64,000 bases of DNA from an uncultured Halomonas sp. (GCA_964453565.1 CAYVPB010000008.1:614-64613), one strand, 5' to 3'. Counted from the first letter of the stretch, positions 9,878 through 21,221 are shown. The notes: a model not told the origin generated them from the sequence alone. Translations and numbers: made by a program.

Positions 9878-10735
9878 ATGAACCATCCTGTCCGACATTT
9901 GAAAACCCGGATACCGGTGCTGACTTACCACGGCGTCCAGGTCGATGGAGACGAATATTGCCTGAATGATCATATCGCGCTTGCGGCTGACCTGGAACTG
10001 ATCCACTCGCTGGGCTGGACCATAATCCCGGCTACCCGCCTGGTGGCATTCCTGACAGGCCGCGACGATACCATGCTTGCGGAAAAATCACTGGTCGTTA
10101 CGTTCGATGACGGTAGCTGGTTCGATTGGCATGACCTGATTCACCCCGTTTTTGGTGTGCAGCGCGGTTTTGCCGGCATTCTTCGGGATTTCCGCAGCCG
10201 ATACGGTGCCGCGGCTCAGCCTTTACTGCATGCGACCAGTTTTGTTGTGGCCTCGCCGGCTGCGCGCGACATTCTTGATCGCACTTGCCTGATCGGGGAA
10301 GGGTGGTGGGCCGATGGTTGGTGGCCCGAGGCGCAACGTGAGGGCGTGATCGGTATTGCCAACCATTCTTGGGATCATCGTCATTGCACGATTCCGCCGC
10401 AAATGAGGTACGGGCAGGACTACGGCCACTTCCGGACGGTGGACGGGGACCGGGAGTGTGATTTTCAGATCCGACAGGCCATGGACTTCCTGCGTGAATG
10501 TCTGGGCGCGGCGCCGGAGCCCCTGTTTGCCTATCCCTATGGCGATGTGCCGGCATACCTGGCCGAGCACTATTTGCCGACCCGGGGCGAGTCAATGGGC
10601 CTGGTAGCCGCATTCGCGGCTGATCCAGCGCCGGTGAGCGAGACCAGTGATCGCTGGAGGCTGCCGCGATTCGTATTTCGTCGGGACTGGCGCACGCCTG
10701 GACAACTTCGCGCTTTGCTTTCCGAGTGCGAATGA
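9878..10735 (+). CDS. polysaccharide deacetylase (NodB-homology domain)
   Basis: NodB motif 1 VVTFDDGSW and motif 2 NHSWDH. ATG at 9878 (MNHPVRHL) is preferred over the TTG at 9851. Confidence 0.8.
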   Translation: MNHPVRHLKTRIPVLTYHGVQVDGDEYCLNDHIALAADLELIHSLGWTIIPATRLVAFLTGRDDTMLAEKSLVVTFDDGSWFDWHDLIHPVFGVQRGFAGILRDFRSRYGAAAQPLLHATSFVVASPAARDILDRTCLIGEGWWADGWWPEAQREGVIGIANHSWDHRHCTIPPQMRYGQDYGHFRTVDGDRECDFQIRQAMDFLRECLGAAPEPLFAYPYGDVPAYLAEHYLPTRGESMGLVAAFAADPAPVSETSDRWRLPRFVFRRDWRTPGQLRALLSECE

Positions 10736-10780
10736 CCAAGCCGCAAATTTCGTTTTTGCCGCGCTCGTTGTACTGCTGCG

Positions 10781-11653
10781 TCAGACATCGGTCGGCCAGT
10801 TCTGCCAGCGCCGGAACGCCGGGTGAATCGCACCCATATCGCGCAGCAAATGAGAGAGCCGAGCCGTGTCGGTTCGCAATTCATCGGCCACCAGGCGCAG
10901 CGTGTGACGATCGATCAGTTGTACCATCTCGGTGTTGTCCAGGCGCCGCCTGGATCTGTCCTCCGGTGGGGTGACAAGACTGGCAGCATTGACCCAGATT
11001 CCCTCGTTGTCGATATTTCGTGGCACGCCGGGAAAAACTGCCTTGTTATCGAGGGACGAAGCTTTGCCGGGCCGGATACCTGATTTCTGACAGAACAACT
11101 CAAGGATCCTGCGTCCTGGAATTTCATCGGGCGAAGGCAATAAATGTATGCGTTGCGCTGGAAAGTGCGCCAGCCAGTTCTCGAGATGTGTCCCGTAGCG
11201 ACTCATGGCCAGGATACCAAGGTTGTCGGGAGCATCGAGAATTCCGGTTCGTGCCGAGATGGCACCGAATGTAATGTGATGCAGATAGGCGGAAATCGCA
11301 CGAGTGACTGGGTCGCGCAAAAGCACGAAGATATCGACAGCATCCCCCAGCGCTTGCAGAACTGTACCGGGGATGTCGCGATTGAAGTGAGGATTGTCCC
11401 GGCCGAAATCGGCAGTCCAGAAATAACTGGCGCATACATCGCCGGTCAGTTGGTTTTCGGCCGCATTGCTGAATCGCTGCCAGAATGCCTGCTTGTCAAT
11501 TCCGTCAGGATAGGCAAAGAACTCGAAATCCTTGTCTTCGGGCACGAACACCGAAGAATGTTCACGAAGCCTTGCGTGCAGCCAGCTGGTGCCGGCCTTC
11601 TGAGCCCCGATGACAAGAAAATGTGGATGCTTGGTGATTCCTGCGTTCATCAA
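10781..11653 (-). CDS. sulfotransferase-family protein
   Basis: PAPS 5'-phosphosulfate-binding loop HFLVIGAQKAGTSWLHARL near the N-terminus, and a later RDPVTRAISAY motif (3'-phosphate binding region). Confidence 0.8.
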   Translation of the reverse strand: MMNAGITKHPHFLVIGAQKAGTSWLHARLREHSSVFVPEDKDFEFFAYPDGIDKQAFWQRFSNAAENQLTGDVCASYFWTADFGRDNPHFNRDIPGTVLQALGDAVDIFVLLRDPVTRAISAYLHHITFGAISARTGILDAPDNLGILAMSRYGTHLENWLAHFPAQRIHLLPSPDEIPGRRILELFCQKSGIRPGKASSLDNKAVFPGVPRNIDNEGIWVNAASLVTPPEDRSRRRLDNTEMVQLIDRHTLRLVADELRTDTARLSHLLRDMGAIHPAFRRWQNWPTDV

Positions 11654-11748
11654 TCCGGATCGTTCAGCGTTTTATTCGGTGGGAGGGGAACTGCATTGCT
11701 CACAGCATGATCCATTCTGCTGATTCATTCTGAAGTAACGTGACATGC

Positions 11749-12633
11749 TCAATGGCATTTGCTGAGCACCAGTCGGACCCAGTGTTCGCGATCGGCCCGT
11801 TCGATCTCGCTCGTGTGGCCGGCGTAGGCCGCGCTCACATCACCGGCTTGCTCGGCAAGAATTCCGGAAAGTACCAGCCGGCCGCCGGCTGCGACCACGG
11901 CGCTCAGACGGGGCGCCAGCTCGATCAGCGTGCCGGCCAGGATATTGGCCACGAGCAGATCGGCCCGGGTCTCGAGCATCCGGGCGGGCGTGAAGGTTTC
12001 GATTATCGCGCTGACGCCGTTGCGATCGGCATTGTCCCGGGTCGCGATCAGGGCCTGGTCATCATGATCGACAGCCAGCACCCGTGCTGCCCCCTTGAGC
12101 GCGGCTGCTATCGCCAGCACACCCGAACCGCAGCCGTAGTCGACCACGACCTGATTGCTCAGATCCCGATCGTCCAGCCATTCCAGGCACAGCGCGGTGG
12201 TTGGATGAGTTCCGCTGCCAAAGGCCAGTCCCGGATCGAGCCGGATGACCAGCGGCCATTCGGGTGCCGGCTCGATGTGGTTGGGGCAGATCCAGATCGA
12301 TTCACCGAACTGCATCGGCCTGAAGCGATCCATCCAGGCACGTTCCCAGTCACGCCGCGGGAGGTCGTTCACGCGGGTTGCCGATGGATCGCGAATCAGA
12401 CCGCGGGCGGTCAGTGCCACCACGATGGCGACCGCGTCGCAATCGGCCGGCAACAGCGCTTCCAGCGTGACTTCCCGCCACAGCGGCATTTCTCCGGGCG
12501 CCGGTTCCAGCAGCGGCTGGTCGGCGGCATCGAGCAGCGTGATGGCTTGCGCGCCCTCGTTCCACAGCATTTCCTCGCAGGCTTCCAGCATACCCGGCTC
12601 GGGCCGGAGCCTGAGCGATTTTGTCGTTGCCAT
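11749..12633 (-). CDS. prmA: ribosomal protein L11 methyltransferase
   Basis: PrmA-like architecture with DPGLAFGSGTHPTTALCLEWL and SAM motif VVDYGCGSGVLAIAA. The synteny next to accBC is classical. Confidence 0.9.
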   Translation of the reverse strand: MATTKSLRLRPEPGMLEACEEMLWNEGAQAITLLDAADQPLLEPAPGEMPLWREVTLEALLPADCDAVAIVVALTARGLIRDPSATRVNDLPRRDWERAWMDRFRPMQFGESIWICPNHIEPAPEWPLVIRLDPGLAFGSGTHPTTALCLEWLDDRDLSNQVVVDYGCGSGVLAIAAALKGAARVLAVDHDDQALIATRDNADRNGVSAIIETFTPARMLETRADLLVANILAGTLIELAPRLSAVVAAGGRLVLSGILAEQAGDVSAAYAGHTSEIERADREHWVRLVLSKCH

Positions 12634-12726
12634 CAGTTAGGGAACCTCAGAAACGCGCTCCGCGCGGGGTTGTTCAGAGGTTCCTTGCATATTCCTTGCA
12701 ATCGCATTTTGTTTCCCCAATGTCTC

Positions 12727-13158
12727 ATGACTGGAACATCAATCACTTTTCAACTCATGACCCCGAATCCCGAAACACAGGAACTGAAGTTCGATACCGA
12801 CAATCTATGGCGGGTCGAAATCTTCACCGACCAGCGTACCGGATCGATCCGGCGCATGACCCCGGTTGACCGGGACGGCAACCCGGATTCGTCGCGCCCG
12901 GTGCGCTACGTCGGTGAGGCTTCCGCGATGACGCCGGCCGGCAGCCTGCCGCTTTCGTTTGAACTTGAGGGCACCAGTCTGTCCGAAGCCGCCGAGCAGT
13001 TTGCCGGACAGGCCGAGCAGGCGCTGACCGAAACCATCGAGGAGCTCAAGCGGATGCATCGCGAGCAGCAAAGCTCGATCATGGTTCCCGGTCAGGGCGG
13101 TATGCCCGGCGGCGGCAACAGCGGTGGCGTGCCCGGCGGCGGCAAGTTTCAGCTTTGA
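12727..13158 (+). CDS. hypothetical acidic protein with Gly-rich C-terminus
   Basis: Only the 3' third of the long ORF 11740..13158 is free of prmA overlap. ATG at 12727 gives MTGTSITFQLMTPNPETQELKFDTDNLWRVEIF...GGMPGGGNSGGVPGGGKFQL. Composition is coherent but there is no recognised domain. Confidence 0.5.
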   Translation: MTGTSITFQLMTPNPETQELKFDTDNLWRVEIFTDQRTGSIRRMTPVDRDGNPDSSRPVRYVGEASAMTPAGSLPLSFELEGTSLSEAAEQFAGQAEQALTETIEELKRMHREQQSSIMVPGQGGMPGGGNSGGVPGGGKFQL

Positions 13159-13175
13159 CTCCTGACAGCGCATTC

Positions 13176-13243
13176 CGTGAATCGAAAATCGCGAATCGTG
13201 AACGTAAAAGTCAAATTTTTCGATTTCCGATTTACGATTCACG
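13176..13243. repeat. AT-rich imperfect inverted repeat built from xxAATCG heptamers, between convergent genes
   Basis: Left arm CGTGAATCGAAAATCGCGAATCG. The right arm (reverse complement) is CGTGAATCGTAAATCGGAAATCG, matching 20/23, with a 16-nt A/T-rich loop. The right arm overlaps the last accC codons. It is probably a bidirectional terminator. Confidence 0.6.
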
Positions 13244-14599
13244 ACCTCTCGCCAGCCCGGCCAGCAGCTTTTCCAGGTAGTGAATGTTGGTGCCGCCGGC
13301 GCGGAAGCCGGAATCCAGCAACAGCTTCTGATGCAGCGGAATATTGGTCTCGATGCCGGTCAGCACGATTTCCTGCAACGCGACCCGCATTCGCGCAATT
13401 GCATGTTCGCGAGTCTCGCCGTGGCAGATCAGCTTGCCGATCATCGAATCGTAGTTGGGCGGAATCGTGTAGCCGTCATAGATATGCGAGTCGACCCGAA
13501 CGCCGGGTCCGCCCGGAGCGTGGAATGCCTCGACCGTACCCGGTTGCGGGATGAATTTTTCAGGATCTTCGGCGTTGATCCGGCACTCCACGGCATGGCC
13601 GCGAATCCGGATGTCGTCCTGGTCAAATGGTAAAGACTCGCCGGCGGCTACCAGAATCTGGGCCTGGACCAGATCGATGCCGGTAATCATCTCGGTCACC
13701 GGGTGCTCGACCTGGATTCGGGTGTTCATTTCGATGAAATAGAACTCACCGTTCTCGTACAGAAATTCGAAAGTCCCGGCGCCCAGGTAACCGATGCGCT
13801 TGCAGGCATCGGTGCAGATCCTGCCGATCTTTTCGCGCTTTTCCGGGGTGATGCCGGGCGCGGGTGCTTCCTCGATGACCTTCTGGTGACGGCGCTGCAT
13901 CGAGCAGTCGCGCTCGCCCAGATGGACCGCGTTGCCGTGGCTGTCGGCCATGACCTGCACTTCGACATGACGCGGATTCTGCAGATATTTTTCCATGTAC
14001 ACGGTTGAATCACCGAACCCGATCCGGGCTTCCTCGCGCGTGAGCTGAATCGACTTGATCAGATCCATCGGGTTGTGAACCACCCGCATGCCGCGCCCGC
14101 CGCCGCCGGCCGCAGCCTTGATCAGGACCGGATAGCCGATGTCCTCGGCCAGTCGCCGGGTGCGCCGCTCGTCGGTGTCCAGGGGGCCGTTGGAGCCCGG
14201 GACGCAGGGCACGCCGGCCTGGCGCATAGCGTTGATGGCGGAGACCTTGTCGCCCATCAGCCGGATGGTTTCGGCCTTGGGTCCGATGAAGGTGAAGCCC
14301 GACTCCTCGATGCGTTCGGCGAAGTCGGCATTTTCGGCCAGAAATCCGTAACCGGGGTGGACCGCGTCGGCGTCGGTCACCTCCATCGCCGAGATGATCG
14401 CCGGCGTGTTGAGGTAGCTGCCGCCGGCCGCAGCCGAACCGATGCAGACCGACTCGTCGGCCATTCCGACATGTTTGAGATTGCGGTCCACGGTGGAGTG
14501 GACGGCCACCGTGCGGATTCCCATGGTCTGGCAGGCGCGCAGGATGCGCAGCGCGATCTCGCCGCGGTTGGCGATGACGATCTTCCGGAATGCGCTCAT
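13232..14599 (-). CDS. accC: acetyl-CoA carboxylase, biotin carboxylase subunit
   Basis: [23 protein letters not shown], an ATP-grasp core and [14 protein letters not shown]. Length 455 aa. Lies immediately downstream of accB. Confidence 0.97.
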   Translation of the reverse strand: MSAFRKIVIANRGEIALRILRACQTMGIRTVAVHSTVDRNLKHVGMADESVCIGSAAAGGSYLNTPAIISAMEVTDADAVHPGYGFLAENADFAERIEESGFTFIGPKAETIRLMGDKVSAINAMRQAGVPCVPGSNGPLDTDERRTRRLAEDIGYPVLIKAAAGGGGRGMRVVHNPMDLIKSIQLTREEARIGFGDSTVYMEKYLQNPRHVEVQVMADSHGNAVHLGERDCSMQRRHQKVIEEAPAPGITPEKREKIGRICTDACKRIGYLGAGTFEFLYENGEFYFIEMNTRIQVEHPVTEMITGIDLVQAQILVAAGESLPFDQDDIRIRGHAVECRINAEDPEKFIPQPGTVEAFHAPGGPGVRVDSHIYDGYTIPPNYDSMIGKLICHGETREHAIARMRVALQEIVLTGIETNIPLHQKLLLDSGFRAGGTNIHYLEKLLAGLARGRES

Positions 14600-14600
14600 G

Positions 14601-15071
14601 TCAGGACCGGATCACGAACAGAGGCTGATCGAATTCCACCGGCTGGCCGGAATCGACCAGAACCGCGACCACGGTGCCATCGTATTCGGAGTCGATCTGA
14701 TTGAACATTTTCATTGCTTCAATCAGGCACAGCGTGTCGCCGCTGGACACCCGCTGGCCCTCGCGGACAAATGGCTCGGAATCCGGGTTCGGGGCATCGT
14801 AAAACGTTCCGACCATGGGCGAGCGCATGATTTCACCGGCCGGCAAAGAGCCGGTGTCGTCTTCGTCGCTGTCTGTTGTCGTGGCTCCGGCGGGCCGGCC
14901 CGCGGCCACTTCGGGCGCGGGGCCCGCAATCGGCGCCAGGGCCTGGGCGGGCGCTGCCTGAACGCCTCCACGGCTCAGTCGCACCGATTCCTCGCCTTCG
15001 TGAATCTCGAGTTCGGTCAGATTGGATTCTTCAAGCAGTTCGATCAGTTTTTTTATTTTTCTCAAGTCCAT
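14601..15071 (-). CDS. accB: acetyl-CoA carboxylase biotin carboxyl carrier protein
   Basis: Biotinylation motif EAMKMFNQI and a Pro/Ala-rich linker. Length 156 aa. Confidence 0.95.
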   Translation of the reverse strand: MDLRKIKKLIELLEESNLTELEIHEGEESVRLSRGGVQAAPAQALAPIAGPAPEVAAGRPAGATTTDSDEDDTGSLPAGEIMRSPMVGTFYDAPNPDSEPFVREGQRVSSGDTLCLIEAMKMFNQIDSEYDGTVVAVLVDSGQPVEFDQPLFVIRS

Positions 15072-15075
15072 GCGG

Positions 15076-15525
15076 TCACCCCGAAGCAGCCTTGTTCAAA
15101 TGGGCGATCAGTCCCTGAAGGCCCAGCAGATAGGAATCCGAACCAAACCCGGCCACCCGTCCGGCAGCCAGGTCCGCCACCAGCGAGCGATGCCGGAACG
15201 GCTCGCGAGCGTCCGGATTGGACAGATGCACTTCGACGAATGGAAGCGCGGCGGCGGCCAGTGCATCGCGCAATACCACCGAGGTATGGGTCAGGCCGGC
15301 CGGGTTGATGAGAATGCCGGCAAAACCTTCGCTCGGGGCACGCTGGATGTGTTCGACCAGCGCATGCTCCGCGTTGCTCTGGTATGCGGTAACCCTGACT
15401 CCCAGCTCCGAGGCCTGCTGCTCGATTCTGGAATTGATCTGTTCCAGGGTCTCACGGCCGTAGACCTGCGGCTCGCGAGTGCCCAGCAGATTCAGATTTG
15501 GCCCATGCAGCAACAGAATGTGCAA
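15076..15525 (-). CDS. aroQ: type II 3-dehydroquinate dehydratase
   Basis: [37 protein letters not shown] and [16 protein letters not shown]. Confidence 0.95.
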   Translation of the reverse strand: MHILLLHGPNLNLLGTREPQVYGRETLEQINSRIEQQASELGVRVTAYQSNAEHALVEHIQRAPSEGFAGILINPAGLTHTSVVLRDALAAAALPFVEVHLSNPDAREPFRHRSLVADLAAGRVAGFGSDSYLLGLQGLIAHLNKAASG

Positions 15526-15734
15526 AAGTACGTATCCGGTTCCAAGTCAGGTTGCGCAGTTTGCCGCATTTTGCGCGTGATTTCCACACCCATTTACAGA
15601 CAATCACTTCACGTTCGCCGAAAATTTCCTGTTGACAATAGGAACCTCCAAAGGCGATCCACGCATTACACAGATTTTCACTGATTATTGAATTTGTAAA
15701 TCTATGCAATCTGTGGCCTGCTTTTGACTCTCGA

Positions 15735-16283
15735 TTATTCCTGGCCGGGCAATGTGGCAAGTGCCTGTTCGATCAGGGCATGGTCGAGTTCGCCCAGGTG
15801 GCGCCAGCGTACGATCCCATCGGCGTCGACCAGAACGGAATAAGGCAGGAGGCCGGAGGGGTTGCCGTAGCGGTTGCGCGTGGCCTGGACATCGTCATTG
15901 CCGATCAGGATCGGGTAGGCGATGCCGAGATTTTCGACGAATGGGGCGACTTTGCGCGGCTCGTCGACGGCGATGCCGATTACTTGCAGTCGCGCCGACT
16001 CACGCTCGCTGACTTCATCCAGCAGGGGCATCTCGCGAACACAAGGTTGGCACCAGGTTGCCCAGAAATTGATCAGCAGTGGCGAGCCATCGAAGTCGGA
16101 AATCCGCCAGAGCTCGCCGTCCAGTCCGGCGTGCACGAAATCGGGACGTCGCTGACCGATTTCGATTCCGGGTTCGGGATTCTCCACTTGTGCGCCATCT
16201 TCCGGGCCGGTCAACCAGGCCAGCCCGATGCCGGCGGAAATTCCGATTGCAGCGGCAGCCAGCAGAATGACCAGCCATCTCAT
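15735..16283 (-). CDS. TlpA-family periplasmic thiol:disulfide oxidoreductase
   Basis: N-terminal membrane anchor and thioredoxin-fold active site FWATWCQPC. Its start overlaps the dsbD stop by 4 nt. Confidence 0.85.
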   Translation of the reverse strand: MRWLVILLAAAAIGISAGIGLAWLTGPEDGAQVENPEPGIEIGQRRPDFVHAGLDGELWRISDFDGSPLLINFWATWCQPCVREMPLLDEVSERESARLQVIGIAVDEPRKVAPFVENLGIAYPILIGNDDVQATRNRYGNPSGLLPYSVLVDADGIVRWRHLGELDHALIEQALATLPGQE

Positions 16284-18571
16284 TGGGTAGCCTGCCTGAC
16301 CCGATCCAGGTGCGAGACAAAATCATCCGGAGCCATGAAACCGAACATCCGGTAGCGGTCCAGTTCCCGCCCGGCGGAAAAGAACAGATACGCGGGCGGA
16401 CCGTGCAGCCTGAAGTGATTGAGGACCTGCTGGTGCTCGTTGTTGAAGTCGGTCATGTCGATCTTGACCAGATCGAAGCCGCCCATAGCCCGCGCCACGG
16501 CCGGCTCGGGGAAGGTGCGTCTTTCCATGCGCTTGCAGTCCACGCACCAGTCGGCGTAGAAATCGAGAAAGACCGGCTGTTGCGCGGCGGCAACGAATTG
16601 TTGGAGTTCGTTCAGCGAAGAGACCTCGGCAAATACCGGTTGCGACACACGCGCCTCGGCACTGCCGCGCGCACCGGCGAAGGGTTCCAGCGGACGTAGC
16701 CAGTCTCGGCCGCCGGCAGCCGCGCCGACAAATTGCAGGATGCCGAACACCAGCAGCATCACGCCCAGTGCCTGCCATAGTTTCCGCCATCCGCTGACCT
16801 CGGGTTCCAGGCGGCTCAGCGCGCCGAGATATACGCCACTGGCCACCGCCAGCGCACCCCACAGCAGCATGGTGATGCCGCCTGGAAGGATCCGCTCCAG
16901 CATCCAGATTGCGAGCGCCAGCAGGCCGACGCCGAACACCGCCTTGACCGACTCCATCCATCCGCCGGCGCGAGGCAGCCAGTGGCCCAGGCCGACGCCG
17001 ATGGCCAGCAGCGGAATGCCCATGCCGATCGAAAGCGCGAACAGCACGCTGCCGCCGAGCACCGCATCACCGGTTTGCGAGATGAAGATCAGGATACCGA
17101 TCAGCGGGGCGGTCACGCACGGGCCGACGATCAGGGCCGAGAAAAAGCCCATGATCCCGGCTCCGGCAAGGCTGCCACCGGACTGGCGGTTGCTGATTTC
17201 GGTCAGTCTGGCCTGCCAGGCGGCCGGTAGCTGCAGATTGTAAAAGCCGAACATGGCCAGCGACAGCACGACGAAGATCGCGGCAAACACACTCAACACC
17301 CAGGAATTCTGGAACACCGCCTGCAGATTGTAGCCGGCCAGAGCGGCAATCACGCCGACTGCGGTGTAGGTCAGCGCCATGGCCAGTACGTAGGCCAGCG
17401 ACAGCATGAAGGCCTTGCCGCGGGTAATGTTCTCGCCTTCGCCGGCGATGATGCCCGACAGGATGGGCACCATTGGAAACACGCACGGGGTGAACGCCAA
17501 GCCAATGCCGAGCAGGACGAACAGCAGCATGGTCACGGCCAGCGGTTGCTCCTCGATCATCCGGGCCAGCCGGTCCTGATCGCTTTCCGGCGGGGCCGGC
17601 GTGCCGCTCGCATCAGCCGCCGCTTCGTTTTCTTCAATCGCTTCACCGGCCGCCGGCAGGGCAACATTCAATTGCCGTTGCATCGGCGGATAACAGATGC
17701 CGTCGGTCTGACAGCCCTGGAAACCGACCTTCAGTGCCAGATCCATCGCCGGGCCGGCCGGACGTTCCAGCCGTATCGGAATTTCGACTTCGTTGTAATA
17801 AACCTGAGTCTGACCAAAAAATTCGTCGTTAATCTCGCGTGTTTCCGGCAATTCGACCGAGGCGACCGATACGGGCGGGGTTTCGGAGACGAATTCGATG
17901 GTATGCCGATACAGGTAGTAATCCGGGTGGGCGGTCATGCGTGCCAGCAGCCGGCGCTCGTCAAGCGCGATGACCTCAACGCCGAAAGCCTGCTCGGCCG
18001 GGAGTGGCTCGCTGCGTCCAGTCAGTTCGCCCGTGCCACTGGAAATGCCGAGCCGCGATGCAAGGTCGGTCGATTCGGACCCGGCAGTTGCTCCGGTGGT
18101 GGAAGCCGCTGGCTCGGCCGCACTCCAGGCAAGCTCGATTTGCTGCCGGTGCGGGGGATAGCACACGCCGAGGTCGGCACAGCCTTGAAAGCCGACCGTC
18201 ATCACCACGCTACCTTCGGCCGGTGGTTCGACGATGGGAATGACTGCGCGCGCCCGGCCGCGGTAAATTTCCACGTCGCCGAAGAATTCGTCCTGATAGG
18301 CCTTGCCGGGATCGATCCGCGGCGATCCAAGTTCCAGGCCGTGGGCGTTTGTATCGAAGCTGAATGCATGGCGATACATGTAGTAGCCGTCGGCGACTCG
18401 CCAGTGCAGTTCGACAGCGCGATTGTCTTCGGTCAGTTCCGCCGATAGCACGAACGCTTCCTCGACCGGCAGAAGATCGTCGGGATTGATTTGCGCCGCA
18501 AGCGCCGCCGGCAGCACAAGCAGTGCCAGCAACCAGCCATTAATGCCGCGGATGTGGTGGCTCCGGTTCAA
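16280..18571 (-). CDS. dsbD: thiol:disulfide interchange protein DsbD with duplicated N-terminal (nDsbD) domain
   Basis: Two nDsbD-like modules carry GFQGCADLGVCYPP and GFQGCQTDGICYPP. The central TM domain has FTPCVFPMVPIL and a second Cys-containing helix (GPCVTAPL). The C-terminal thioredoxin domain has FYADWCVDCKRME. Length 763 aa. Confidence 0.9.
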   Translation of the reverse strand: MNRSHHIRGINGWLLALLVLPAALAAQINPDDLLPVEEAFVLSAELTEDNRAVELHWRVADGYYMYRHAFSFDTNAHGLELGSPRIDPGKAYQDEFFGDVEIYRGRARAVIPIVEPPAEGSVVMTVGFQGCADLGVCYPPHRQQIELAWSAAEPAASTTGATAGSESTDLASRLGISSGTGELTGRSEPLPAEQAFGVEVIALDERRLLARMTAHPDYYLYRHTIEFVSETPPVSVASVELPETREINDEFFGQTQVYYNEVEIPIRLERPAGPAMDLALKVGFQGCQTDGICYPPMQRQLNVALPAAGEAIEENEAAADASGTPAPPESDQDRLARMIEEQPLAVTMLLFVLLGIGLAFTPCVFPMVPILSGIIAGEGENITRGKAFMLSLAYVLAMALTYTAVGVIAALAGYNLQAVFQNSWVLSVFAAIFVVLSLAMFGFYNLQLPAAWQARLTEISNRQSGGSLAGAGIMGFFSALIVGPCVTAPLIGILIFISQTGDAVLGGSVLFALSIGMGIPLLAIGVGLGHWLPRAGGWMESVKAVFGVGLLALAIWMLERILPGGITMLLWGALAVASGVYLGALSRLEPEVSGWRKLWQALGVMLLVFGILQFVGAAAGGRDWLRPLEPFAGARGSAEARVSQPVFAEVSSLNELQQFVAAAQQPVFLDFYADWCVDCKRMERRTFPEPAVARAMGGFDLVKIDMTDFNNEHQQVLNHFRLHGPPAYLFFSAGRELDRYRMFGFMAPDDFVSHLDRVRQATQ

Positions 18572-18909
18572 TTTGATTCCCCTTCGGGTTCGACCCAGTT
18601 TCGCAACCAGCGGGCATAGTCCGGACCGGCTTCGACCACCGGCGTTGCCAGCAGCTCGGGCACTTCATAGCTGTGCAAGGAGGTTATGCGCTTGTGCAGT
18701 GCAGCGAACTTCGCCCGCGTGGTCTTGAGCGTGAGCGGGATTTCGGTTTCCGTTTCGATCCGCCCCTGCCAGGGGTAGATTGAATACAGAGGCTGGCCGA
18801 TCGTTGCGCAGGCGGCCAGATGCTCCCCGACCAGCGCGGAGGCAAGGCTTTGCGCTTCATTTTGACTGCCGCAGGTCGTCTGGGCAAGGATCAGGTCATC
18901 GGATTGCAT
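18568..18909 (-). CDS. cutA: divalent-cation tolerance protein CutA
   Basis: CutA1 fold sequence (AACATIGQPLYSIYPWQGRIETETEIPLTLKT...LHSYEVPELL). The cutA-dsbD pairing is classical. Confidence 0.9.
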   Translation of the reverse strand: MQSDDLILAQTTCGSQNEAQSLASALVGEHLAACATIGQPLYSIYPWQGRIETETEIPLTLKTTRAKFAALHKRITSLHSYEVPELLATPVVEAGPDYARWLRNWVEPEGESN

Positions 18910-19157
18910 GGCTGGGTTCCGTAGTCTGTCGGGGTTACTTATCGAAACTTGTGAGTTTTCGCCGGGCGATGATCCAGGCGGCGTTATCCGGACCCGGATC
19001 CGGCCCGAAAACTTGCAGACATTGTACGCTGGGTAACGAAATCGGCTCTGCTTGCATCGCGGCTCTTGAAATGGGATCGGCCGGGCACAATGTGCCGAAC
19101 CAAGCAGGTCGTTTGCGTCCCTGGTCTGCCTGACCGGGGCGGGCGGCCCGAATTGGT

Positions 19158-19184
19158 CCCGATGGGCCGGACCGGCCCATCGGG
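19158..19184. promoter_or_regulatory. perfect 13-bp/13-bp palindrome in the groES upstream region
   Basis: CCCGATGGGCCGG-A-CCGGCCCATCGGG, 46 nt upstream of the groES ATG. It is not CIRCE-like. Its role (operator or 5'-UTR hairpin) is unknown. Confidence 0.5.
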
Positions 19185-19229
19185 GAAATGGTTTTTGACA
19201 ACGTTTAAATGAGCTAGGGAGAAAATTCC

Positions 19230-19520
19230 ATGAACCTTCGTCCTTTGCATGATCGCGTCATCGTCAAGCGAGTCGAGGAAGAACGGACTACGCCGGGCGG
19301 AATCGTGATTCCTGACAGTGCGACTGAAAAGCCGATCAAGGGAGAAGTCCTGGCCGTCGGCAACGGCAAGATTCTCGAAGACGGCAGCAAGCGCGAGCTG
19401 GATATCAAGGTCGGCGACAAGGTGCTGTTCGGCAAGTATTCCGGCACTGAAGTCAAGGTCGACGACCAGGAGCTGCTGGTGATGCGTGAAGACGACATCA
19501 TGGCGGTGATTGAGTCCTGA
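19230..19520 (+). CDS. groES: co-chaperonin GroES
   Basis: [31 protein letters not shown]. Length 96 aa, with GGGAGA 8 nt upstream of the ATG. Confidence 0.98.
   Translation: MNLRPLHDRVIVKRVEEERTTPGGIVIPDSATEKPIKGEVLAVGNGKILEDGSKRELDIKVGDKVLFGKYSGTEVKVDDQELLVMREDDIMAVIES

Positions 19521-21221
<1,701 letters not shown>

Noticed and set aside
11740-12726. The 5' two-thirds of the 472-aa plus-strand ORF 11740..13158.
   Set aside because: It runs antisense to the well-supported prmA gene. Its translation is Gly/Arg/His/Pro-rich with no motifs, which is the typical shadow ORF of a high-GC genome. Only the 3' part (12727..13158), outside prmA, was kept as a possible gene.
19060-19229. A CIRCE/HrcA operator upstream of groES.
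   Set aside because: The palindrome present (CCCGATGGGCCGG/CCGGCCCATCGGG) shares no similarity with TTAGCACTC-N9-GAGTGCTAA.
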